A stretch of DNA of 53,785 nucleotides from Spirochaetales bacterium. GTDB lineage: Bacteria; Spirochaetota; Spirochaetia; PWKH01. Both the position numbers and the translations under genes were made by a program. The notes beneath the pieces are model-generated. The model saw nothing but the letters and a program-made list of their open reading frames with translations, searched no databases and had not been told where the DNA came from. The number at the start of each line of letters is the position of its first letter. Within the stretch, counting starts at the first letter, position 1. Of the stretch, positions 10,572 to 20,497 are shown one piece after another. The stretch is from the NCBI GenBank assembly GCA_021736605.1, contig JAIPFQ010000003.1:1-53785 (forward strand), written 5' to 3'.

Positions 10572-12495
10572 AATCCAGCTCCTGTTTCAGCCATACAATT
10601 TCCCATGGTTCGAGGACTATCTCATCCTGAAATATCCTGTCGGTAAGAATATCCCTGAATATATATCCATACCCCATAAGCTGCAGATCATTTTTCGTCA
10701 TGGTCTGCACGTTATCAGAGAAATTTGCCAGTACAATCATCGCATACAGCTCAGCATGCCGGGCAAACCCCAGAATATGATCATGTTCATGGTCGATGAT
10801 ACGTACGGTCCCCATAGAAAAAGCAGATTCACTCTTTCTCATCTCTGTCATTTTCCGAAATCGGGAAAACAACCTCTCTTCAATAGTTCCCGGTAATTTT
10901 CTTCTCTCCGCCTTTTCCCAATCCATTTGAGCTCTATGAACCCATCGTGAATCAGTATGCTTCGCAGAATCCCGGGAATAGGCGTAATCATTGAGCAAGC
11001 CGATTTCATCCCCCATGTAAATGAGGGGAATTCCGCCGAGGGTAAATATCAGCCCATAGAGAAGGGTGATTTTGTTTAGCGCAAATGTAATTTCCTGTTC
11101 ATCCTGCAGAACTACTCCTTTTTCGAGGCCGGCGAGGGATGCGCAGGTACCTGATATTCTGCAGTCTCCGGTTTTTTCGTTTTCCTGAAATGGGAGTCCC
11201 CGAGCAAAGCTGCCGAGGAAACGCCCGGTATAAAATTCATTCAGGAATTTTCGATGGAAGTAACCGTTTATACCTAAGCTCTCCGCATCTCCGTCATCAA
11301 ATGTCCATCCGATGTCATCATGGCAGCGAACATAGTTCACCCAGGAAGTTGCTTCCGGAAGAACATAGCGGTGATAGATAGACTGACGGAGCAGCTTTGG
11401 ATCTCGTGTAGCCAGCGCTTCCCATGACGTAGCCATCAGCAGAGGATTATAGGAGAGAGCGCATTCATCCTTTCCAACATACTGAATCACTTCGTCGGGA
11501 TGCACAATTGCTTCTGATTTAAACTCCATGGCCGGAGCAACTATGGCTGCAAAAGCCTTAAACGCCTTGATAACAGTATGTGCTTTAGGCAGACTTTCAC
11601 AGCGGGTACCTTTTTCCTTCCAGACAAAGGCAATGGCATCAAAACGGAGGACCTCGGTCCCTGCATTGGCAAGAAAGAGCATCTCCCGAGCCATGGCTTT
11701 GAAGACTTCATGGTTCCGATAGTTAAGATCCCACTGATAGCTGTTGAATGTAGTCCAAACCCATTTACGGATATCTTCCCGATAGGAGAAACTGCCCTCC
11801 CGAGACTCAGGGAAAATATCCCGCAGATGTCTGTTATATTCATCCACTTCCAGTCTATTATCAAATATAAAATAAAAATTTTCATAATAGGCATCTCCGT
11901 GCCGGGCTCGTTTCGCCCAGTCATGCTGATCGGATGTATGATTCAGAATAAAATCCAGAACCAGACTAATACCGTTCTTATTGAATTTTCTTGCTGCTTC
12001 CCGGAGATCATCCATGGTACCGATGGCAGGATTCACTTCTCGATAGTTCTCCACAGCATACCCGCCGTCATTTTCATGGATCGGCGTCTTATAAAGCGGC
12101 ATGAGATGGATATAATTAATTCCCAATTCCTTGAAATAGGGAATATGATCAATTACTCCCTGAAGACTGCCGGCAAACAGATCCACATAGATTATACCGC
12201 CGACAATATCCTGACCCGTATACCAGTGGGGATCCTCTTCCCGTTTTCGATCCAGATTGATCAAGTACCTCGGCCGCTCCTTCACCCCCTGCCACATTTC
12301 AATCACAAGGTCCTTGAGAAATTCATTGAAATCAACACTGCTGCCGTACAGTTCATAGAGCAGTGTAATCAGAGGAGCCAGTTTTCTTTCCAGCCGATTA
12401 TAAAAAAGTTCCCAACGTCTGCTTTTCTTCTGATTCCGAGGTATAGTGGATGTCACTCCCTCTAGTATCATCTGTGAATACATTTGCTGATCCAT
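10546..12495 (-). CDS. Amylosucrase / sucrose hydrolase (GH13_4-like)
   Basis: YVDLFAG, DGGYAV, LDFILNHT, QWDLNY, LRFDAIAFVWK, FKSEAIV, YVRCHDDIGW, RISGT. Confidence 0.9.
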   Translation of the reverse strand: MDQQMYSQMILEGVTSTIPRNQKKSRRWELFYNRLERKLAPLITLLYELYGSSVDFNEFLKDLVIEMWQGVKERPRYLINLDRKREEDPHWYTGQDIVGGIIYVDLFAGSLQGVIDHIPYFKELGINYIHLMPLYKTPIHENDGGYAVENYREVNPAIGTMDDLREAARKFNKNGISLVLDFILNHTSDQHDWAKRARHGDAYYENFYFIFDNRLEVDEYNRHLRDIFPESREGSFSYREDIRKWVWTTFNSYQWDLNYRNHEVFKAMAREMLFLANAGTEVLRFDAIAFVWKEKGTRCESLPKAHTVIKAFKAFAAIVAPAMEFKSEAIVHPDEVIQYVGKDECALSYNPLLMATSWEALATRDPKLLRQSIYHRYVLPEATSWVNYVRCHDDIGWTFDDGDAESLGINGYFHRKFLNEFYTGRFLGSFARGLPFQENEKTGDCRISGTCASLAGLEKGVVLQDEQEITFALNKITLLYGLIFTLGGIPLIYMGDEIGLLNDYAYSRDSAKHTDSRWVHRAQMDWEKAERRKLPGTIEERLFSRFRKMTEMRKSESAFSMGTVRIIDHEHDHILGFARHAELYAMIVLANFSDNVQTMTKNDLQLMGYGYIFRDILTDRIFQDEIVLEPWEIVWLKQELDYAGKLEIS

Positions 12496-12658
12496 ACATC
12501 CCCTCTATAAGATTTACGATCCCTGCGCTCTAGTGTTCACGCTGAATAACGCATAATCACAAAGAATTACACAGGAATCGTGTCTTAAGACCCCACTGCA
12601 TCAAACAATCACTTCAGTGCAGACATCATTGGTATGAGTGCATATGCAGAGTTTAGGC

Positions 12659-13615
12659 TCAACCTTTAACTGATCCAGCCATAAGTCCGCGTACAAAATA
12701 TTTTTGCAGTGAAAAGAATACAACCAACGGGAGAACCATACTAATAAATGCACCGGCTGTCAATAAATGCCAGTCCTGACCTCGAGTTCCAACCATGTTC
12801 AAGAGGCGCTGGGTAATCACCTGAAACTGCTCTCCGGAACCGCTCATGAAAACCAGAGCTACAAGCAGATCATTCCATACCCAAATAAACTGGAATATAG
12901 CAAATGATGCCAAAGCGGGTATTGACAGGGGCAGAATAAGCCGGATAAAGGTGGTAAAATGGGAGGCTCCGTCAATAAAAGCTGACTCCATAATACTTCT
13001 CGGAATAGTACTTACATAGTTGAAGAGCAGATATGTAGCCAAAGGCAGTCCGAAACCGGTATGGGCAAGCCACAATCCAAGGAAAGAACCATTCAGTCCG
13101 AGTTTCTGATAGTCCCGCAGAATAGGTATCAATGATATCTGCAGAGGAACTACCAGTATTGCCACAATACTGACAAATAGCAGCTTCCTTCCCGGAAAAG
13201 CGAGCCAGGCAAATCCATAGGCCGCAAAAGCGGCTATTAATATGGGAATTACCACCGCGGGTATGGTAACCGTAACACTATTGAGGAAAGCGGAAATCAT
13301 GTTGTCGCTTCTTTCCGTAACCTCCTGCCCTTCACTGTTTACATACGTAAAATCCTTTCCTACTAGTACCTGTTCATAGTTTTCGATGGTGAAATCTTTC
13401 GGTGTATTGAAAGCCATCCACCAGCCGTTGGTATTTACAACATCACGACTGCGGAAAGAAGTTACCAGTATGCCGAAGGTGGGTATGGTCCAAATGATAA
13501 TCAGTGCAATTAATAATGTATTAACTGCCCAGGCCTGTCTATTCTGTTTCCACCGTAAACCCTTTTCCTTAGCGGGTTTTGCTGTTTTTCCAGCTTCAAT
13601 GCTTTCTGCTGCCAT
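12659..13615 (-). CDS. Carbohydrate ABC transporter permease (AglG-like)
   Basis: ESAFIDGA EAA motif, WLAHTGFGLPL, QFIWVWNDLLVAL, YFVRGLMAGSVKG. Confidence 0.93.
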   Translation of the reverse strand: MAAESIEAGKTAKPAKEKGLRWKQNRQAWAVNTLLIALIIIWTIPTFGILVTSFRSRDVVNTNGWWMAFNTPKDFTIENYEQVLVGKDFTYVNSEGQEVTERSDNMISAFLNSVTVTIPAVVIPILIAAFAAYGFAWLAFPGRKLLFVSIVAILVVPLQISLIPILRDYQKLGLNGSFLGLWLAHTGFGLPLATYLLFNYVSTIPRSIMESAFIDGASHFTTFIRLILPLSIPALASFAIFQFIWVWNDLLVALVFMSGSGEQFQVITQRLLNMVGTRGQDWHLLTAGAFISMVLPLVVFFSLQKYFVRGLMAGSVKG

Positions 13616-14901
13616 TAGAACACCTCCCGTTTACCGAATTGTTTCAAGTTGTACCAAACCACAGGGGTGACAGCAAGAACAATAATAATTGCAATTGCCG
13701 AGCCGCGTCCGTAATGGAGAAATTTGAACATCTGTTTGTACTGCTGGGTTGCAAGCACTTCGGTACCGAACAGACCATTGGTCATGGCGAATACAATATC
13801 GAAGATTTTCAGCGTCAGCAGCAGTATGGTTGTTGCAACAGTGACAATGGTACTTTTTATAAAGGGGATGATGATCTTGAAAATGATAGTATATTCTGTA
13901 GCCCCATCTATCCTGGCTGCTTCAATTAATGATGTGGGAACCTGCTTAATAGCAGCGGACTGCACAACCATGGCAAATCCTGTCTGCAGCCAGACAAGAA
14001 TCACAATAAGGAAGAGGGTATTCCACGGTCTCAAAGTGAGCCAGTTCACCGGTTTTCCCCCGTTTCGGATAAGCAGCGTGAAAAGAATCACTGCAATCAG
14101 CTCAATAATCCCCCAGACTATGGTCTTGTAAACTTTGTCACGTTGATCCATCTCTTTATTCACCCAGAACAGGATGATCCTGAGAACAATCAGTGCTGAT
14201 ATAATAATGAGCAGTACTGTGCTGATCGTACTTCCGAGAGAGACGACAACTGCATTCATAAAGCCAATTTGGGAAGCTCCGGCCGGTTTATAGGCATATA
14301 TGAACTTCCAAATAACACCGGCGCCCACAAAGGAGATGGCCATAGGCAGAAAAATAAAAGACTTCGCCACTTTCTCAAATTTCGATCTATCAGATAGCAG
14401 AGCAATAAGAAGACCAAAGAATACAGCAAAGCTCGTACCAAAAACCAGCCACATCAAGTTGTTGACGAAAGCTGTCTTCATGGTCCTGTCAGTAAACACA
14501 TATGCATAGTTTTCCAAGCCCACAAATTCATTTGAGAGTTTACTGAAGAAACTCAGGTAAAAACTTCTGAAGGTTGGAATGAATAAGTACCACGCAAGAA
14601 TTGCTATAGCCGGCCCGACAAACAGAAAAGGCGTCAGTCTCTTCTGCCATTTTGGTGCTAATCTCATAATAAAGAAATTAGCAACTATATACAGGGCGGC
14701 AACACCCCCTACGCCCCAAATTATAGCAACTATTGTAATCACAGCCTGCGGAGCACCACTATCCCTCAGGAAAATGAAGCCGCCGTAGAGTCCGAGAAAT
14801 GTAGCTATTGGAACGAAGAGGGAAACGATAATTCGACCTAAGGCGGTGACAATTCTCTGAAAAAAATTCTCAGGCCTTTCATTAATTAATTTATCGGACA
14901 T
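13615..14901 (-). CDS. Carbohydrate ABC transporter permease (AglF-like)
   Basis: FLPMAISFVGAGVIWKF, WLQTGFAMV, EAARIDGA. Confidence 0.93.
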   Translation of the reverse strand: MSDKLINERPENFFQRIVTALGRIIVSLFVPIATFLGLYGGFIFLRDSGAPQAVITIVAIIWGVGGVAALYIVANFFIMRLAPKWQKRLTPFLFVGPAIAILAWYLFIPTFRSFYLSFFSKLSNEFVGLENYAYVFTDRTMKTAFVNNLMWLVFGTSFAVFFGLLIALLSDRSKFEKVAKSFIFLPMAISFVGAGVIWKFIYAYKPAGASQIGFMNAVVVSLGSTISTVLLIIISALIVLRIILFWVNKEMDQRDKVYKTIVWGIIELIAVILFTLLIRNGGKPVNWLTLRPWNTLFLIVILVWLQTGFAMVVQSAAIKQVPTSLIEAARIDGATEYTIIFKIIIPFIKSTIVTVATTILLLTLKIFDIVFAMTNGLFGTEVLATQQYKQMFKFLHYGRGSAIAIIIVLAVTPVVWYNLKQFGKREVF

Positions 14902-14981
14902 GATTTCCCCCGCATGTTTTTCGAATGGATTGTTTATCTTATTGAATACGCATTAGATGGGAACATAGTGCAGGAAGAACC

Positions 14982-15001
14982 GGGATCCGCTGACGGATCC
15001 C
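14982..15001 (-). terminator. Hairpin between SBP and permease genes
   Basis: GGGATCCG-CTGA-CGGATCCC, perfect 8-bp stem. Confidence 0.55.
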
Positions 15002-15080
15002 AGCCCTAATTTTTCACTTTTTTCTGTTTTTCACTTTTTTGCTGCTTCATGCAGCATGTATAGTATATTCATACTATATT

Positions 15081-16355
15081 TTACGGCCAGCTTGCTTCAA
15101 TCTGTGAAAGCACATCTTCTACGGGCACTCCTGTAACCATGTCTGCCATACCTGTCCAGAATGTTCCTGCACCAACTTCAGCAGGCATATTGTCGGAACC
15201 GTCAAATCGGAAGACTTCAGCATTGACAAGGATTTTTGCCAAATCTGCTTCAATTGCGGAACCGTAGTCATCAAAGTCCTGGTCATTATGGGGGAAGAGA
15301 GCTCCGCCGGCAGCTGCCCAGGATTTACATGCTTCCCAAGTTGTAAGATATTCCAGGAACTGGCGCACTTCCGGCCTGTCATTGAACATAACAAACTGGT
15401 CACCGCCGCCGAGTACGGGAGTTCCGTATTCCGGATCAATCTGCGGCAATGCGAATACACCGACCTTTTCTTCTACATTATTCTGTACCGAATCCTGCAT
15501 AAATCCAATGATAAAATTCCCCTGTCTATGCAGCAGCGCCTTCGGGGGATTCTCAAACAGAGGCTGTACAGCATCACCAAAATTTGTGGTTGCTATAGCC
15601 ATACCGCCGCCGTAGGTATATTTTTCACTCAGCCAGATATCGGCCATGATTTCAGCTGTTTCCTGTACTGCCGGATGGTCAAAGGGGATTTCATGGTTCA
15701 CCCATTTATCATACATCTCAGGTCCAGCAGTTCTCAGCATGATGTCTTCCATCCAGTCTGTTGCCGGCCAGCCGGTTGCTGCACCGCTTTCAATTCCTAT
15801 GGACCAGGGAGTATAGCCGTCTGCTATCATCTCATCCATCAGATCATACATTTCGTCCCAGGTTTCGGGAATTTCATAGCCCTCTTTTTCGAAAACCTCT
15901 TTGGGATACCATACAAAGCTTTTTGCATTCACACGGTGAAATACTCCGTATACATCACCTTCATAAGATCCTAACTCCTTCCATGCCGGTGTGTAGTTTT
16001 CGTCTATCCTGCTGATTACTTCATCATTCAGGGGGACCAGTTCTCCCTTTTCAGCAAAATTCTTCATAAGTCCGGGCTGGGGCAGAGCCGCAACATCCGG
16101 AGGATTCCCAGCTTCAACCTGAACAATTATCTGCGTTTCAAATTCAGATGACGGTTCATACACAACATCAATTCCCGTTCTCTCTTCAAAGGGCTTCATA
16201 GCCTCTTCAAACCGCAATGCTTCCGCATCTCTGAATGCTCCGAAAACTTTTACTACATTTGTGTCTTCGGCTTCTTCCTTCTGAGACTGTGCAAATAACG
16301 CCGTGGACGACAGCAGCAGCACAAGACTCATAACCAGTATCAAACCTTTCTTCAT
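15081..16355 (-). CDS. Alpha-glucoside ABC transporter substrate-binding protein (AglE-like)
   Basis: Start re-called at MKKGLIL (16355, SD AGGAGG). Signal peptide; GIESGAATGWPATDWMED and FRFDGSDNMP motifs typical of AglE. Confidence 0.9.
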   Translation of the reverse strand: MKKGLILVMSLVLLLSSTALFAQSQKEEAEDTNVVKVFGAFRDAEALRFEEAMKPFEERTGIDVVYEPSSEFETQIIVQVEAGNPPDVAALPQPGLMKNFAEKGELVPLNDEVISRIDENYTPAWKELGSYEGDVYGVFHRVNAKSFVWYPKEVFEKEGYEIPETWDEMYDLMDEMIADGYTPWSIGIESGAATGWPATDWMEDIMLRTAGPEMYDKWVNHEIPFDHPAVQETAEIMADIWLSEKYTYGGGMAIATTNFGDAVQPLFENPPKALLHRQGNFIIGFMQDSVQNNVEEKVGVFALPQIDPEYGTPVLGGGDQFVMFNDRPEVRQFLEYLTTWEACKSWAAAGGALFPHNDQDFDDYGSAIEADLAKILVNAEVFRFDGSDNMPAEVGAGTFWTGMADMVTGVPVEDVLSQIEASWP

Positions 16356-16404
16356 GGAACAACCTCCTAATAATTTAGGTTCTTTTATATTGACTTCCAC
16401 ATCC

Positions 16405-17406
16405 TTATGGAGTGGTTTGTCTTTCAATAATACTCAGTTCAAGCTCTATCTTCTCTTTTTGGATTTTCGGGTTTTCCATCTGCGCCATCAACCGTTCAAC
16501 TGCCATGGTTCCCGACTGTTTCAGCAGCTGTCGGATAGTGCTTATACCCATATAGCCGGCCAGATCAATATCATCAAAACCTAAGACTGCTACATCTTCG
16601 GGTATACGGATATTCATCTGCTGGGCGGCTTTGATAAGCCCCACTGCCTGCAAATCCGAAGAACAGAAAACCGCCTTGGGGTAGTTGTTCCCTTTCAATA
16701 AGCCTTTAGCACATTCCACAGCAAACTCAATTCCATAAGGATGGAATCGCACGTTTATATCCTCTAAGACATAACCAAATTCTGCCAAGCGCTCCCGATA
16801 GCCGAGCAGGCGTTCTTCCGTGGCATGTAGACTGTAAGCAGGCTGTCCACCCTCTCCCATAAAGGCAAAATTCTTATACCCCTTGTCTATGAAAAAGTCA
16901 GCAGCCATTCTGCCCCCATTCCTGTTATCTATTACTATGCTGGAAACACTTTCATGGCCGAATTCAAGACAGACTAAGGGTATTCCGCTCTTTTTAAACC
17001 GTATAAAATCTTCTTCAAGAAACGGAAGAGACATGATGATGAGCCCGTCAATTCTTCCGGAATAAGGAAGCATTCTCAGATACCCCTGCAGCTGATCAAC
17101 AGAATTGATGGCATATGTGATAAGATCATAATCCGAAGCTACCAGGGCTTCCTGAATACCGTTCAAGCGCAGCACGAATGAAGGAGCAGTAAAAAACGGA
17201 GTGATTACACCGATTCGCTTCACTCCCCTTCTCGCCCTTGCAACTGCTTCTGCTTTGGGAGTGAAATCAAGTTTTCTCATGGCATCTTCTATCTTACGTC
17301 GGGTATTTTCAGCTACCTTTGTCGGAGAGTTGAGAAACCTTGAAACTGTGGTGATGCTGACTGATGCTTGGTGAGCAACATCGTAAATTGTTGCATCCTT
17401 CTCCAT
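16405..17406 (-). CDS. LacI-family transcriptional regulator
   Basis: ATIYDVAHQASVSITTVSRFLN HTH; IPEDVAVLGFDD. Start taken at MEKDAT. Confidence 0.95.
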   Translation of the reverse strand: MEKDATIYDVAHQASVSITTVSRFLNSPTKVAENTRRKIEDAMRKLDFTPKAEAVARARRGVKRIGVITPFFTAPSFVLRLNGIQEALVASDYDLITYAINSVDQLQGYLRMLPYSGRIDGLIIMSLPFLEEDFIRFKKSGIPLVCLEFGHESVSSIVIDNRNGGRMAADFFIDKGYKNFAFMGEGGQPAYSLHATEERLLGYRERLAEFGYVLEDINVRFHPYGIEFAVECAKGLLKGNNYPKAVFCSSDLQAVGLIKAAQQMNIRIPEDVAVLGFDDIDLAGYMGISTIRQLLKQSGTMAVERLMAQMENPKIQKEKIELELSIIERQTTP

Positions 17407-17427
17407 GAACTCACACACTCCTATATT

Positions 17428-17443
17428 ATGAAAGTGCTTTCAT
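17428..17443. promoter_or_regulatory. LacI-type palindromic operator
   Basis: ATGAAAG-TG-CTTTCAT just upstream of the lacI RBS; matches the TGAAAGCGCTTTCA pattern of LacI/GalR operators. Confidence 0.75.
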
Positions 17444-17462
17444 TGTTTTCATGGTAAACCCG

Positions 17463-17657
17463 TTAATTCTTTGTGTCAACAGTTTTTTTTGGCCAATATT
17501 CAGCATTATTCAGGGGAGTATGTAAATGGGATTTTCTAAACTTATCAGAGAGGTATTCAAGAAAAATTTCTGGATGACTCAGCATGCAGTGAGAATTCAC
17601 AGCACTGAAAATGGAGTTTACGAACTCATAAATCACTTCCGAACGATTCTCTTTCAT
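17463..17657 (-). CDS. Small hypothetical protein or gene remnant (64 aa)
   Basis: Strong SD AGGAGGGA just upstream of ATG 17657; no recognisable motif. Confidence 0.3.
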   Translation of the reverse strand: MKENRSEVIYEFVNSIFSAVNSHCMLSHPEIFLEYLSDKFRKSHLHTPLNNAEYWPKKTVDTKN

Positions 17658-17674
17658 ATGAATCCCTCCTGATC

Positions 17675-17712
17675 AAAAAAAAACCGCATACCCCTTTTCG
17701 GAATATACGGTT
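17675..17712 (-). terminator. Probable intrinsic terminator of the fur-DUF5320-nifX unit
   Basis: Imperfect stem (AACCGTATATTCC...GGTATGCGGTT) followed by a T-run on the minus strand. Confidence 0.45.
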
Positions 17713-17779
17713 ACCTAGTCCTGCTGAACTCAGCTGCTGCAGGAAACTGCTGAGTCAGCAGCTCCACTGCAGTCAGGAT

Positions 17780-18190
17780 TTAATGATGTGAATTGCTGTG
17801 GCTATGTTCACCATTATGATGCTCACCATTATGATGCTCACCATGCCCTTCTCCCAAGTGCTGGGGAGAACATGTATTGCCATTAGATCTTAATGTATCC
17901 TTCAGCAGACAATCGATAACATCGGGAATTTTTCCTTCTGTTCCCGTAATTTGAGAAATACCATACTGGTCGAAAAGAGCCTGTGCTCTTCTTCCCATTC
18001 CTCCTGTAACAACTACAGAGACCCCATGCTTATGAAGCAGTTCGGGAAGGACACCCGGTTCATGTCCGGGATTTTCAAGTGTTTCCTGGGAAGTACACGT
18101 TCCATTCTCAACTTCAATCACTGTATAGGTCTGACATCTGCCGAAATGCTGTGAAACATAACCATTATCTGCTGCTATCGCTACTTTCAT
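17780..18190 (-). CDS. NifB/NifX-family (dinitrogenase Fe-Mo cofactor domain) protein with His-rich tail
   Basis: MKVAIA...VSQHFGRC, GGMGRRA. C-terminal HLGEGHGEHHNGEHHNGEHSHSNSHH. Confidence 0.88.
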   Translation of the reverse strand: MKVAIAADNGYVSQHFGRCQTYTVIEVENGTCTSQETLENPGHEPGVLPELLHKHGVSVVVTGGMGRRAQALFDQYGISQITGTEGKIPDVIDCLLKDTLRSNGNTCSPQHLGEGHGEHHNGEHHNGEHSHSNSHH

Positions 18191-18545
18191 CTTTTCCTAC
18201 CTTTTCCTCAAGTTCCTTTATGCGCTTCTGCAGCCCTTCAAGTTCTTTAGAAACTACATTTTCCTCGTTCTTAAGCTGTGTAAGCACTTCTTCTTGAGTA
18301 TAAGCAGGATCATAAGGATATTCAACAGGCGGATAGGCATAATTCCTATACATTCTTCCTCTGCCGACTCCATAAGCTCCAGCAAAACCGTAGCCGAAAC
18401 CTCTTCCGCGGCCTCTCCAGCCGAAACCACCGAAACCACCAAATCCCTGGGTATACCCCGGTCTGTCGTAACCTGAACAATATCCCAAAGCTCGTCCTGT
18501 TCTCGGACCCATTCCATCTGGACCTGTTCTATCTCCTCGCGGCAT
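18165..18545 (-). CDS. DUF5320-family protein
   Basis: MPRGDRTGPDGMGPRTGRALGYC, Gly/Arg-rich middle, C-terminal coiled coil. Confidence 0.85.
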   Translation of the reverse strand: MPRGDRTGPDGMGPRTGRALGYCSGYDRPGYTQGFGGFGGFGWRGRGRGFGYGFAGAYGVGRGRMYRNYAYPPVEYPYDPAYTQEEVLTQLKNEENVVSKELEGLQKRIKELEEKVGKDESSDSSR

Positions 18546-18561
18546 AACGCACCTCCGTGTA

Positions 18562-18580
18562 ATTGATTATTATTATCATT
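18562..18580. promoter_or_regulatory. Fur box
   Basis: TGATTAT-T-ATTATCA (18564-18578) matches the 7-1-7 Fur consensus TGATAATnATTATCA at 13/14 positions; upstream of the DUF5320 RBS and next to a fur gene. Confidence 0.7.
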
Positions 18581-18647
18581 AAAGCGGCAAAAAAATTTGC
18601 CTCTTTCCTTTAGCCAATTTGTTTTCCTATACTGGAAAATTTCATGA

Positions 18648-19124
18648 TTATCTTCCTGTGAGTCCCCGGCAATCCCTGCATAATCCATAATACTGCACCA
18701 CATGCCGTTGAATCTTGAAGTCATACGCCTCTTCCAGCTGTTTCTCAACCTTCTGCATAAGTTCTTTTTCTTCCGGTGAAAAATGCTCATATCTGACTAT
18801 ACGAGAGCAATTTGTACACACAAGCTGATGATAATGGGGAACATCTTCATCCTGTTTTGCTATCTCGTAACGAGCTTTACCATCACCAATATCAATTTTA
18901 TTAACAATATCCATCTGCTCCAGAAGATTAAGCGTCCTGTATACCGTAGCTATACCAATCCCGGGATATTCACTATGAACATTCATATAGAGTTCATCGG
19001 CGGTCAAATAATTCTGAGTACTGTTGAGTGTCTCTAAAATAACCTGACGCGGTATGGTCATGCGGAATCCTTTCCCGCGAAACCGTCCATGATATCCGCC
19101 GTGTTTTCCATAAGGTCCCGGCAT
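18648..19124 (-). CDS. Fur-family transcriptional regulator
   Basis: RMTIPRQVIL, IGIATVYRTLNLL, HYHQLVCTNC...GLCRDC. Start re-called at MPGPYG. Confidence 0.93.
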   Translation of the reverse strand: MPGPYGKHGGYHGRFRGKGFRMTIPRQVILETLNSTQNYLTADELYMNVHSEYPGIGIATVYRTLNLLEQMDIVNKIDIGDGKARYEIAKQDEDVPHYHQLVCTNCSRIVRYEHFSPEEKELMQKVEKQLEEAYDFKIQRHVVQYYGLCRDCRGLTGR

Positions 19125-19328
19125 ATAAGCTTCTCCCTGAACAGATGTGATTATCAATCAATTCTCAATAACAATATACCAGGATTGCATCCATCTGTCA
19201 AGCCATTTTACGTAACAAGGAACCTAACAAGGAACAGAACAAACCTATCAAACATTTTTCCGATGAAAAGGGAAACAGATAGCCCCAAATTAAGCCTTAT
19301 CCGGCGTAATAAAATCTCTCAATTGATA

Positions 19329-20480
19329 TCATGCTGCATCTTGATAATCCGTTCCGCCCTGAAAAATATATGACCCAATAATTGCCGTAAAAGGAGCAAC
19401 CAGCACTAATCCGAAACTTCCAACAAGAGTATGCAGGATCTCAGCACTTACATACGTTAAGTTCAGCATATTAACCATGGGGGTTCCCTGTGCCATAAAC
19501 ACCATCAGCAGAGCAGTGAAACCTCCTGAGTAGGCTAATAACAGCGTTGTAGTCATTGTTCCCACAACTGCTCGTCCCACCTTGAATCCTGACATCATCA
19601 GTTCCTTCCTCCCAATTCGCGGGTGATGGTATCGAATCTCCTCCATGGAAGCCGAAATATCCATTGCTATGTCCATCACCGCTCCTGAATTTGCAAGAAA
19701 AATACCGGAAATAAATATTGCCGTTAAATCAAGATGAGCAAACCCGGAATATAAAAGCGTCTCTGAAAACGGCTTAACAGCCCCGTGTACAGAGAAGAAG
19801 TTCCCAAAACCGATGGACATGGCTGCAGTAATACCTACTCCTGATACAGCACCGAGAAATGCGCTAAGTCCCCGTCTTTTGAAACCGCCTACGAGAAAAA
19901 TGATAACCCCGGTAAGGATAATAACAATGCCTGCAGTCAGCAGAATGGGGTTATAGCCATTCAGAAAACCAGGAATCATTACTTTCCAAATAAGAACGCC
20001 GGTAAATAAAAACGAAAACAAGGCCTTAACTCCTGTCCAGCCTGCATAAATTACAAGAAAAAGCATAAATACAGCCAACAGAATCACCTCTATGGTCAAA
20101 CGGTAATGATCATAGGGTACAGCTGATGTGATATTTCCATCGTCATCAACAGATGCATTGATGAGGGCAGTATCCCCTTCCTTGAATATCTTATCCAGCT
20201 CAAGTCTTCCAGCCAGCTGATTCTGCCCTTTCAGAATTTCTCCTCGATGACTCATTGACAGCACTCGCATAGAAACTTTCTGTTCTCCTGTTTTTATTAT
20301 TCCATACTGCTCCACTTGAGTATTGTCAACTTCAGTTATCTTTCCACGTAGTGAGATGACATTTTTCCTGTTATTCTGTTCATACCCCGTCGGCATGAAC
20401 AGCAGGAAAAGGGTAATTAGTCCAATGAAGACAACAAGTATTTTATCCATGTGTCTCATAGTATCTTTGATATTCTTCAT
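19329..20480 (-). CDS. YibE/F-family membrane protein
   Basis: SGAVMDIAMDISASM, GTMTTTLLLAYSG, EILHTLVGSFGL. Confidence 0.9.
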   Translation of the reverse strand: MKNIKDTMRHMDKILVVFIGLITLFLLFMPTGYEQNNRKNVISLRGKITEVDNTQVEQYGIIKTGEQKVSMRVLSMSHRGEILKGQNQLAGRLELDKIFKEGDTALINASVDDDGNITSAVPYDHYRLTIEVILLAVFMLFLVIYAGWTGVKALFSFLFTGVLIWKVMIPGFLNGYNPILLTAGIVIILTGVIIFLVGGFKRRGLSAFLGAVSGVGITAAMSIGFGNFFSVHGAVKPFSETLLYSGFAHLDLTAIFISGIFLANSGAVMDIAMDISASMEEIRYHHPRIGRKELMMSGFKVGRAVVGTMTTTLLLAYSGGFTALLMVFMAQGTPMVNMLNLTYVSAEILHTLVGSFGLVLVAPFTAIIGSYIFQGGTDYQDAA

Positions 20481-20497
20481 TATTTCCTCATTTTTGC

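Noticed and set aside
11578-12465. 295-aa plus-strand ORF (and similar ones at 6498-7100 and 15288-15974)
   Set aside because: Antisense shadows of well-supported genes, with no motifs.
17780-18190. Evidence for nitrogen fixation from the NifX-like gene
   Set aside because: No nifHDK/ENB in the window, and this domain is common in non-diazotrophic anaerobes.
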